A stretch of 61,869 nucleotides of DNA, filler included, from Choristocarpus tenellus KU-1152 (taxonomy: Eukaryota; Protista; Phaeophyceae): assembly GCA_964200185.2 (NCBI GenBank). It is 11 parts of 11 records of this genome, joined end to end, with 100 filler letters (N's around TTAATTAATTAA, not from the genome) between each part and the next. Parts side by side here need not be neighbours in the genome. Positions count along the whole stretch, not along the records: positions 48,878 to 54,278 come from CAXNAD020010906.1; positions 54,379 to 59,146 come from CAXNAD020013136.1; positions 59,247 to 61,869 come from CAXNAD020026192.1; 8 more parts are not named here. One strand, given 5' to 3'. Position numbers and translations under genes: made by a program. The notes beneath the pieces were generated by a model. It was not told where the DNA came from, did not search any database, and saw only the letters and a program-made list of their open reading frames with translations. Below are positions 49,396 to 60,841 of the stretch, piece by piece; position 1 is the stretch's first letter, and each line of letters opens with the position of its first letter.

Positions 49396-51914
49396 GATTG
49401 ATCCTCCAAAATATCATTACAATATTATCAAGGAGAATTCCTGAAACATCGGGAAATATCAAAGGGTACACTATATTGATAAGATACAGATTTTCAGTTT
49501 GTACACTACCAAAACCCTCCTAATATATTTTATTATTATGCCCTCTGATATATCCATTATTGTAAAGATCACCCATCCCAACGTTCCACAAAAGTTGAAT
49601 CGTCTGTGTCAGGATTGAAAAATCAGGGGCGTTCTAATCTCTACCTAACGAAGTCCACTCAATGCGGAATCTTCAATGTGGTACCTTGAAACCTTGAAGC
49701 TCGGACTATGCCACAGGGTTTTCCACCATTTACAGTCCTATACGATCTATATATGTAATCCCGTGCAGGGGTATCAGATTGGGGGTTTGGGGGATTTTTC
49801 GACAGGGTAGATTGTGGCGAAGGGTAATAACCTGGTCACAATTTATCAATCAATGCTGAGGTGTGCATTGGAAAGATCAGAGCCTTTGTTGTCCACAGGT
49901 ATATTTTTCTTCCTCAGATCAGTCCAAGCTGTTGGGTAGTGGTGCAAAGAGTTTGATATGTCAGTGTGGAGATTGACAGATCGGGCTGGAAAATCCTTCT
50001 ATATGGTAGGTGGGAATTGTAAAAGAGTGACCAACTAACTGTCTCAGATTCACATAGATCAAAGGTGTTCACCAGACAAAGGTGATCCTGCACAGGAGTA
50101 TCACAATTAGGTTTCCTAGGACTTGCAAGAGGATGGATCATGGGGAAGCGAACACTTGGAAAGAACGTGGGTAAGGGGTCGAAATGTACGAGGGGGGAAG
50201 AAGAGAAAGTAGAATTACTAACCTTGAGTGAGGATGCCAAATGTGGCTGGATGAAGAAGTTTGAGGCCCACGGTATCCTAGATGGGGGAGTGTTTTGCTT
50301 AGTTTGTCTATTCGAGGCTTGACGGGGTTTAGTAAGATATCCCAGTTTGATGCAGATTGTGGGGGGGATTTTTCTTTGGATATGGTTCAGGGAGGGGAAT
50401 AGAAAAGGAAAGTGCTTTCAGATGAAGGAAATTGCCTTCATATCTGACACGTTCACTCAAATGACACGAAAAATCACTATAGGGTCACACAGACCCCGAA
50501 TGGATGTATGATCCCCCCTCTAGGATACTATGGGCCTTGAGCTGAATATCACCAAGGAGAATGGGAGCAAGCGGAGGGAGGAGAACCTCATTGCTCCTGG
50601 GACTAAAGATGACATTCGTCAAGTGTTGGAGATGGAGGATTTGAAGAGTAGGACGATGATGAGGGACTAAGAAGTGGGTGGAGAGATGGCAGTTCGTGTA
50701 GAGCTTTTAACAAAAAATTGTACAGATTTAGATAGCTATTTGTGTGAGTATGGGAGAAGAGAAGAGGTGGGGGCCTCAAACGGTCCCCTTTAGCTGAATG
50801 TGATCGCATGGTTGAAAAGAGAGGAGCGATGCTATTATACATGGTGGGGCTTGTTTTAGCACCTGTTTTTTCTGGAAAGAATCAATAAAAAGAAGCACTT
50901 ATAATTGTTCAGAAAAATCCTTCACGCTATAGAAAAATTTGTCGAACATGTTGACTTCAAACTAAACTATTTTAAAGTAAATAACCTACTAAGATATGAG
51001 CTATCATCTCGAATACTTTTCCCTAAATATTATTGTACTTCATGTTGTATTCTACACGATAATATGCCTGAATATGAGCTCAAAAAACAAAATCTTCAAT
51101 TCGTCAGCGGTTCAAGCTATCAATGAACATGGCCTGGAAGACCAGTCCGACACAGTAACGTGCAGGGATACATATTATTTCGTGTGTCCCACGAGCAGAA
51201 TGCACCAAATATCTGTGTCCTCTTTGCTATTTACACCTTTGTATGCCAAGTACTTCAAAGTACCAATATACTACCTTAACAGTAGAGCCCCCTTTCTGGC
51301 GTTCACCTACACAAGGGCGTTAACATAATAAGCATTCCATCAGTTTGCTTCCTCTTGTATAATCGAAAAATATGGCTACTTTTCCAATAAATTTATTCCA
51401 CCCTGATCCAACAATCCCCAAACACCTCTCTAATAGAGCCACACCATGTCCTTCTTGCACATTTTTTCTCCTGATACCACCAGATATATACATTACCCTT
51501 AGGTTTCACCTCTCATACAATATTGTTCATATGATTCAAATAAGAATTGCGAACGTTATGACCACATGCATAATAGTAGTTCCTTTCTATAATATTATAT
51601 GTTCTCCGATATTTTGCAGGTATTTCAGTGGGGAAGAAACCAATACTATAGAAGCAGCAGTGTACACATATCATTGTAATTACCAACCTCTGAGAGAGTC
51701 TTGCGGTATAGCTAGTGTTCAAGTTAGAAAGCAGCCTTTGGAGAGGCATCTTTCACATTTTCGACAACTATTGTTACTTTAAAAGGGGTTGCTGTGCTAT
51801 TGGTATTGGCTTTTTACCTGACACATCTGCAAATGTTAGAGGGTATGATTATATGATACTACTCTATCACAAGGAATATAATAGAAATATATATTATGAT
51901 ACTGAATTTGCTTT

Positions 51915-52167
51915 GAGTCAAATTATCTTAGGGGGTAAAAGCACGTCCGTTTGGGGACCAAAATGTAATATTGCAAATTTGATACATTTTTGGCTATTGT
52001 GTTTGTTAGGAAGTGTCAACATCCTGTTCCGGACACACCTTTTCATAACATGTACATTTTACTTACTCTGAAACATTTAGGAGTTGGAAAATGTAATAAA
52101 AAACCTGTGGGAAGTCAAGTGCCAAACAACCAAGGCAAAACTATTATCCTCTAAGTTACTTTCACTA
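51915..52167. mobile_element. MITE family B, TTT TSD
   Basis: ttt|gagtcaaattatcttag ... ctaagttactttcacta|ttt. Confidence 0.9.
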
Positions 52168-52221
52168 TTTTCCTGACACATCTGCAAAATGTCAGAGGGC
52201 ATAATAATATATTAAAATAGA

Positions 52222-52782
52222 TCGTCGACCACCAATGGTGTAGCTGCTGCAGCAGCTGAGGTGCGAAAGCGCACCCAATACGAGGGTTCTCTTGACCCTC
52301 GTAGTTATAACCTCAATACCTTCACGGTGGAAAGAGCGAAAATATCTTAGAGGGTACGAGTTTTTCCCTGTTTGTCCGTTTGCGACTTGGCTTCTCACGG
52401 GCTTCTTATTACATTCTCCCACTCCGAAACATTTCGTAGTAGGAAAAATGTATACGTTGTGAAAAAGTTGTGTCAGGAACAAGGGTATTGACACTTCCTA
52501 ACAAACACGATAGCCAAAATGAAATCAAAATCGCAACATTGGATTTGGCCCCCAAACGGACGCGGCTCTACCCCCCAAGATACTTTGACTCAAAGCTTTG
52601 GGTGCCTTAGTAAGCAAGCAGAAATATTTCTGGATGAGTTAGCTACTCACACAGTAGGGGGGAGAGGAGCAGGAGGCTGCAGCAGGAAAGGGGGCGTTAA
52701 ATCCCGTTTAGAACATATAGTGTCTGCCACAACGCAAGTGGCTCCATCAAGACATATCATGCATTTTAAGCTGGAGATATGA
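52222..52782 (+). mobile_element. CRE-clade C-terminal restriction-like endonuclease region, interrupted by MITE B at 52334-52591 (AAA TSD)
   Basis: Removing the MITE and one AAA restores AAAAEVRKRTQYEGSLDPRSYNLNTFTVESFGCLSKQAEIFLDELA. Confidence 0.85.
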
Positions 52783-53044
52783 GAGAGATGGGCAAGGAGG
52801 AACCTGTCAGATTCTTGGGATGCTTCCCTAGCTCCTCGTCCTGTGGTGCAGGGCTAAGCTAGTTTGGAGGCATAAGAGGGGAGTGGTGTATCATAGCTGG
52901 CAGTAAAATAGTAAATAGAAAAATATTGTTTACATTTACCGCAACTATTACTTTTAGAGGAGGTTTTATGATATTGAGGTGACTTTTCCCCTGACACATC
53001 TACAAAATGTTAGAGAGTATAATAATACAAATAATATACGAGCT

Positions 53045-53520
53045 GCAACTCTGGGTCACCACCATGGAGGTATCTCAAAGGGGGCGAGTGTTCTCCTATC
53101 ACAACCCAGAAGCCCAGGGAAAGAGGAGACTTTCAGGGTGCTGGTCCCCAAGCGCCCGAACGAGAACCCATATGGGCTTAGACAAGCCATAATGGATGCA
53201 AAGGATAGGGATACAAGGTCTGGGAAACAACGGTACTGCCCCCCTGAGGGGGAGTACACCCCCACCTCCCTGCGGACGGCCTTCATAAAGGCAAACAGCA
53301 ACTCTGCACCAGGCCCTGATGGGATGCGTCCCAGCCATATCAGATCGGCCATAATGACAGAGGCTAATCGCGAAGAAGTGGCGGAGGTATTTGTGAAGCT
53401 TTGGGAGCTAGTCTACACCTCCCTGGACTCTTAACCCCTGGAGGTTTGGACACTCCACACAAACTCCAGACTGTCCGCAATTGGAGAGAAGTGCCACCCG
53501 GTTACCTGTGGCTCTTTTTC
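53045..53520 (+). mobile_element. CRE-clade RT N-terminal (domains 0-1) fragment
   Basis: NSAPGPDGMRPSHI ... SRLSAIGEKCHPVTCG. Confidence 0.85.
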
Positions 53521-53523
53521 CTG

Positions 53524-53985
53524 TTATACTTTATTTGGAAGGCTGGCTAGTTGTGTCCGGAAGGAAAAAAAATATATCCTGTTCAGGAGGCGAGTGATCT
53601 CGTGTTGAGCCCTCCTTGTGACCCTGGCGTCATGAGCTGCCAGAATGTGAACCTCCGGGGTAGGTGTGGGGGATGTTGTTCCCCTCCAGGTTACCCAGTG
53701 TTGACCAGTGATTTCCGCCAGGTCTTCTGAGAGGACACCGGTAGAAAGGATGTTGTGGATGGACGATCCCAAAGCCCGTACTGTGGGGCTCGTGCAAACA
53801 GCTTGTGAGAAGGACTCGTCATGAGGCCCTTGCTTTCGTGCTAGGAGGGTGGAGAGAGTGACCACTAGAGATCCTACGAATGCTGCGTGTTGGTGGTGTT
53901 CATAGAGGAGAGGCCTAGGCCCCCCACACTTGTGGGCATCTGAGCCTGTACTTGATGGTGGTTCTCTAGGCGGAGAGACCCATTG
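53524..53985 (-). mobile_element. CRE-clade thumb-region fragment, inverted
   Basis: Minus-strand MPTSVGGLGLSS..HQHAAFVGSLVVTL...RAQHEITRLLN. Confidence 0.75.
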
Positions 53986-54057
53986 TTACATCCCCCCTTA
54001 AGAAAATCAGTCGCCTCTGTCGAGTCTGCTACTTCCATTATCTTCTCTAGTGTTCAC

Positions 54058-54278
54058 GAACCAAATTATCGTAGAGGGTAGAGCCTCGTCCATTTGGGGA
54101 CCAAAATCCAATGTTGCGATTTTGATGTAATTTTGCCTATTGAGTGAAAGTATCTTAGAGGGTATGAGATTTGCCCTGTTTGTTCATTTGGGGCTTGGCT
54201 TTCCATGTTTTTTTTATTGCATTTTCCAACTCCAAAATGTTTAAGAGTAGGCAAAATATATACGTTATGAAAAGGTGT
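54058..54278. mobile_element. two fused partial MITE family B copies
   Basis: One end (gaaccaaattatcgtagagggtagagc) is joined at about 54142 to the other end type (gagtgaaagtatcttagagggtatgag). Confidence 0.8.
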
Positions 54279-54378
54279 NNNNNNNNNNNNNNNNNNNNNN
54301 NNNNNNNNNNNNNNNNNNNNNNTTAATTAATTAANNNNNNNNNNNNNNNNNNNNNNNNNNNNNNNNNNNNNNNNNNNN

Positions 54379-54411
<33 letters not shown>

Positions 54412-57400
54412 AGGTTGATTTGTAAACCTTTCTTTGTTGGTAACGGACTGGGCTAGGTAGGAAGATTGCTGAATGGTGTCTTTGAGGTTTTGCTCATGGG
54501 CACTGGATTGTAACGGTGTGGATTGTACCGGTGGTATTAGTGTAGGAGTTGATCTCTTCGAGGTGGTATTTGACTTTAGTGATATTTGACGCTTCTCCAC
54601 CTTTTGACTTTAGTGTGTGCAAGAGCAGAGTTGCTTGAGTTTTGGTTCATTCGAGAGTTGTTGTAGTACAGCACTAGGTTTGGTTTGAAGTGGTTTTGTT
54701 TGAATCGTGTGCACATCCTAGTGGCTGTTGTTTTTAGTTTTTATGAATGCATGACCTAGAGAGATCTATTGCCCGGACGTATTTTTTGTTTAGGTTTAGG
54801 TTTAGGTTTAGGTTTTTGGCTACAGCTTTGAGTGTAAGCTTTGGAGGGAGGGGAAAAAAAAATGTGTTATGTTAGTGTTATGTTGGTGCGGGTGTTTTTT
54901 TTCTGTCGCGTTTGTGTATGTCTCTGTTGTTGATTTTGAAGATGTGATCTCCTCACAAAATCACACGCTTTTATCATTTATTTATTTATTTTCTTCTGTG
55001 TGGACAGTTACGTTGACCAATGGTTGGTGGTTCATTGCGATCCACTTCCCCCCCCCCCCCAACCCCAAAACCCTAACCCTTTGCCAATGCCACTACGCCA
55101 ATTCTCAACGTAAAATATTGTGTCAGGTGATGCTGCAGCCGCAATTCCAGCAACATCAGGCTCCTCAGCAGCTTCAGCCTCAAACACAACAGGTTAGGTT
55201 GCACCTTGTTGACGGGTAGTGCAATCACACGATAGCGTTGTAATAATTTTGTCTTGGCAGTCTGTTGGGGTTAGGGTTAGGGTTTGTCCTTTTTTGTAGT
55301 AGCAGTGTGGGGGTGTGGGGGAGAGGGAGAGGGTGTGTATGCATCCACATCCTAGGTCATCGGGTCTCTTTGAAGCTGCTACTGAGCCGAGGGCGCTTTT
55401 AGTTATCTGCGTAGGGGGTAGAGGTCCAGGTGTGATAACTTCTATATTTGCCCCCCAACATTTGGTTGGCTTGCCCAGATTTTCCTTGTTTTTCAGGTGT
55501 TTTTCAGGTGTTATTTTTTTTTGTGTTACTGTCTGTTATGTACAGAGGGGTTAGGGTTATAAGAGAGGGTTCCGAGTCCCCCACCCTTCATCTCTTCTCG
55601 GGTGATTGTGCATCAGAAGAAGCGAAGTGTGTGTACGTTTGAAACTGTTTGGTTGAGTAGATTATGTCACAGTAGCAAGTGTCGGTTTTCCAGCAGCTGT
55701 TGTCCAAAACATGAAGATATCTCACAGAGATACAGCAGCAAGCGCCAGCAAAGTGAATCCGACCCTTCCTCTCCTTTTGTTCCTTTTGTACTCCTTTGTT
55801 TTTCCATCCAATCATGACTACTCTTCTTCTACCCATACCTTGCGATGCTGTTTGTGGAACTCCATAGTTCCAACAATTCCAGCAGCCCTTCCCAGGGCAG
55901 GGCTTCCAACACCAGCCTGGGAGCTTTTGAAGCAAGGCCAAAACCATTCTTCTCTGATGTGGATTGGCGGGTCAATTGGGCCTTTGAATTCCCACCCCCA
56001 TGCATAGGGCCTGAGGGTCAAACCAAGGGTATTTGTGCACCTAGGCATCACATGTACGACTGTCTAATGTCTTTAACTCACCCCCCCTCCCCCCCCCCCC
56101 CCCCCCCCCCCATTTCGGATAGAGGGAGGGTGTTGGGACGGGACACTAGGTTGAATATCTGACTTCTGATTGGATAGGTGTTTATTTATCAGTTCTCTTG
56201 ATATTGGTGATGACTCTGCTGTCAAATTGCCCTTCTAGGTAGAATGCCTGGGAATGGGAAATGTTATTCCAACATGACCAAGGAGAGCCCTTGACAAGGG
56301 TTTTGGGGGAAGGGAAAGGGGGTGGGGGGGAGGGGGGGGGGAATGCTTTTGCTACTCGTGTCAGCGCCTTGGCTGCTGCACAGGGAAAAGTTTGAGTCTA
56401 GTGGTTGTGATTTTGGTCAGTAGAGGTTTGGGGGGGAGAGGGGGAGGGGGGGAAGGTACGATGATGGATTGACCTTGGGACATGACGGCATGTGGTTCTT
56501 GTCCTCTTGTTATAATTGAGGGTGTTGAGATTGTGTCAATGTTGGCAGGCCAGTGGATATGTAGTGACTTTTCTCTGCGTGTTTGCTGTACAATAATTTC
56601 TCAGCAAGCGCCACAGCGTGCATGTAAAGTAGTTTGTATATGCTTTGCCTGCCACAACACAACCAGAAGAGTGCGTGCGGTCTGAGGGTCTTGTAATTCA
56701 TGACGGTGAGTGCACTCATCATACAGCAGGAGAGGTGTATTTGTTGTTCTTGATTTTTTTTTTCGTTAACAATTTGCCGTCCCTCGTAGCTACCCAAGAG
56801 TATTATGTGAAAAGGTGGAGGGCTGAAGTAGTGCTAGGTGGGTCACATCCCCTACATTGAGAGAAGGGTATGGACTTGCTTAGAATGGAGACATCAGAGG
56901 GATGTGTCAGGCAGGGTGGGTGTCTCTCTAGCTGCTGACCATTTGAGCAGCAAGCAAACTGAAGTGGAGAGCTGAGTAATGATAGGTTGCTCCAAGGGGG
57001 GCGGGTAATCTTCCTTTTTAAAATGAATGATATGTGGAAGTTAGTGTTTCAGTGGATACTTATCCTTGAGTTGTTGCTTGTTTTTTCATATTGTAGTGAG
57101 TTGTTTGTGCTGTGGTCTTGATATATCTCTGCGCTGAAGGGGTGTTGAAAGAAACGGCATAAGCGATATTGTTGTCAGTTTTGTGGGTCCAGAGCGAGAG
57201 GGATCCATCGCCTCTGTCTTTATGTCTTGCTCTGTAGATAGGGAGGTTGCTTTGTGTGACCCACATGGTTGTTGTTGATGTCTCATGCGCCTTTTTGCTT
57301 GACAGGCAAGGAATACAAGGGAAGACGAGTAGCGTGAGAGGGTTGACTGTGGCTTGAGTGGAAGGCAGTTGGCTAATATATTTTTTCCCCCCCCATTCAT

Positions 57401-59299
57401 TATTTGTGTACTCTTGACTATTTTTTTGTGTATTGTTAGCCTATGATACAAGGAACACCCTGAGTAGCACACAAAAAGGACAGTGAGTAGCGGTGACGAC
57501 AGGAGAGGGCCTGAGAATTGAGAATAAAAGTGGAGGTGCAGGCAAGGTAGATAATAAGGAGAATTTTCTTACTGTGAATTCGAGGGATGGGGTTGTCACT
57601 TGGTGGTGAAGGCACGGGTTGATCGTGCACATACATACATTTGACTGGTTTGATGATTTATCGAGTCATTGATTGATGGCATAATACATGGTCTTTACTT
57701 CTTTTGTTCATCATGCCTGTTGTTCGGCGGGCAAAACATAGGAATTGGTTGGTCTGATGAGGAAAAGTAGTTGTGGGCGATCCACCAGAAAGGGCTCTGC
57801 TTGCAGGGTTGAGCATGTGTGTTTAGGTGTGTTTTGTGTCAAGATGTGTCTGGTGTTGCTTCACTGGTTGTGTTTGACTGGGTGAGTTGGAGTCAGAGAG
57901 GAGTGCTGTTGGTGGTCATTTCTGCCTCACTTGTGTGGGGTGTTGCTGCTTCAAGTACATTTATTAGTGCTACTTTCTGTTGTTACCGTTGTTGTTGTGG
58001 CTGAATTCTGACTGGGGTCCACAAGCGAACAGTGAAGGAAGAGTCTTGTGAAGCGACAGCAACAAGAGGCGGTGCATTTCGTTCCAGGAATTCGTTGCAT
58101 GATGGAAGCTTAAGTAGAAATTGGATGGCGGCATGATGAGGCCAACATGGGTGGGGCTTCCTTTCGTGGGTTTCATATGTTGTATGCTTGTTTGTTTATC
58201 TATTGTCTATGAATAACATTTTTTCTTTTTGCTACAGCATTTATTGTGGGTACAGATGGATGCATGTGGAAGCAGAAGATGACACACCATGAAGGAGGTC
58301 AATCAGGTGGATGACAAGTCTCGAAGACCCATCAACAACAGTGTCACTTTGTCATGACTGGTTGGACATGATTATGTGTTTCTTCGGTAGTTGGCTGCGT
58401 CAGAAGAAGCTTACACTTGTTGTGGCTGCCACTAAAGCAAAGACAGAAAAAAAAGGGGAAAAAAGCGAGGAAAAAGAGTGCACTGCACGTGATATTGTTG
58501 ATGCATTTCGTTGTTTTTGTTACAGGTGGTCAACGGGATTGAAGGGGGCGGGATGGAGGTGAAGATTCCGTGAGTAGAGTTGATCGCGTCTGGTTTTCCG
58601 TTCATTTTTTTTATGCTCCTTGACGCTTTAGCACAGTCAGATTTTGCGTATTTTTTTGTTGCTTCTTGTGACTGTGTATGGATCATTGCCGTGCTGTAGA
58701 TGTGTGTGTGTGTCGTGTTACCACGTTCTTACCTCTGTAGCCATTACTTTCTTGCAGGGAAAGAACAAAGAAGGGAGGAAGAGAGGGCGATGCATGGCTG
58801 GCTATAGTTAGCACAAGAGCCTCACATCATCTAGCTGTCTGTGAAGAGAGATCCTCGTTGCAATCAGTACTATAATAAAACATATTTCCTCCCATCCAAC
58901 TGTTGTAAGAACAATAATAACGAAGATGGTAGTGACAAACATGGCTCTTCTCGTCTCTCTGCGCAACATCACGTGGATAAGGTGTTAGCAGGAATACTAC
59001 TACAACACATAATATTACTGTTAATCAAGGCGATACTATACATAATACATAACAGAGGATTTTCAAAATTGAGGCAGGAGCGGGACTATGAGGTTGGTTG
59101 TTTTGCGAAAACTGTCTTAAAAAAGTACCTCAAGGTTTTTTTATGCNNNNNNNNNNNNNNNNNNNNNNNNNNNNNNNNNNNNNNNNNNNNTTAATTAATT
59201 AANNNNNNNNNNNNNNNNNNNNNNNNNNNNNNNNNNNNNNNNNNNNCCCCCCCAGGGGCACAGGAATAGGTGGATGATGGGAAGATAAGAACGACAGTA

Positions 59300-59420
59300 G
59301 TACAATATTTGATAGTGCTGAAGTACCTGATTAGTGGTTTCCACGCAAAATAATATATCCTAAATATTGTAAGTGTGGAAACCACTAATCAATTATTTCA
59401 CCACTATCAAAATATTGTAC
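59300..59420. repeat. 121-bp foldback with arms of about 47 bp
   Basis: gtacaatatttgatagtg..tgattagtggtttccac pairs with gtggaaaccactaatca..cactatcaaaatattgtac. Confidence 0.85.
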
Positions 59421-60625
59421 TGTGTACAGTATACACTTTTTAATAAAAAGAACGCAATAAAAATAGAATTATTTGGTTTTTCCCTTCCCCTAATACATCT
59501 ATACATACAAAATGTCAAAGACCACAATAACATGAATATAAATAGGAAAGAACGACAGCTTAGAGTAAAAAATACATGTAGTTCGTGATAGATCATGAGA
59601 GAGAGGTGCGCAAAAACCATTGGTCACATTTTATGGAAAGTTAGAACTTAAAAAGAACCGGTATGAATATACCACAAACAAACTGGTTTACCGTGATCAA
59701 CAACCCTATTTCCCATTCCCATTCAACTTCTCTTACATCACAGAACATCACCCTGAACTGAAGTGCCAGAACGAAGTGTGTAAAACTTCGTCCCTGACCA
59801 GACGTTATTCTGTACTTCCTGAGATCTGGTGGGAAACTATATTGCGATTCTCTTCTACTGTCGACCCATTCTGAGCACCTTAGGATCACCCCTTTACTTT
59901 AATCTGCATTGCTTTCTAATAGTCGAGAGGTTGAGAGGGTCGAACCATAAGGGCTTGATACGAGATAGTCGATTAAGTCGACTGATTTAGTCTGGTATTT
60001 GGGTCAAGGGGGGTGAGTACTTCTGTCCGTGTTTCTCTGGATGGCATCCAAGGACATTGAGCTACTTTGAAAGGCGTTCTTTAGTTAGGTAAGGGAAAAT
60101 CGATCCAGCTTTTTCTTGTCGAGTGGACCCTCTCAGATGGGCTTTTGTCCTTACCACTCTCAATGAATTCTCCCCCCCTCACCCCTGACTCGCCAACATT
60201 GTCAGAACAAGTCTTCTCTGGGCTAGGAAGAGCTTAAATCTGTGCTTGACAATATTCTTGGTTAGCCGAGTAGAGTGAAGCAAACTGTATCCCATCCCAT
60301 ATGTACGGTACTCGATGTGGTCGTGTCACAGTGTCCGGGACGCAATTGCTGTCTCCTCATTGTGCGACATCGAATCCTCCTTCGCTTCCTTTGAGACCTT
60401 GATCTAATTGTGAAAACTCTTACCGTCAGGATATTAAGCATATCTCCTTAGGTTTCAGCCGGACCTGAAAATACAACATACAGAATCACCATGTGCTCTG
60501 CTTCGACCAACGCGCACAAGTTTGATGAACCAATATTTGCTATTGTCGGGTAGGGACTCTCTCTGCGTCACCGTCGACGCCACCTTACACATACTCATTG
60601 GTCTTCCAGGTGGGGATTTTTCACG

Positions 60626-60841
60626 ATGAGTGGGGCGGTTTACTCTCCCGTTCAGAGGGGTGGGCTGGCCCTGGTGATTCTAGCGGCTTGGTCATTGCTG
60701 TTTTCCTTTAAGGTGGGGGTGGCCGTGGATCTCCCAGACGAATGGGAAGTTTTGCACGCTAATGTGGTGTTCCGACATGGCGCACGGTCGCGTCTGGTGA
60801 AGACCGCGACGTCCGAATTTGGACAGCATGCGGGCGTTGCG
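60626..60841 (+). CDS. histidine acid phosphatase (branch 2) family protein, exon 1, with a signal peptide
   Basis: Hydrophobic leader LALVILAAWSLLFSF, then EVLHANVVFRHGARS, then a GTAAGT donor at 60842. Confidence 0.8.
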
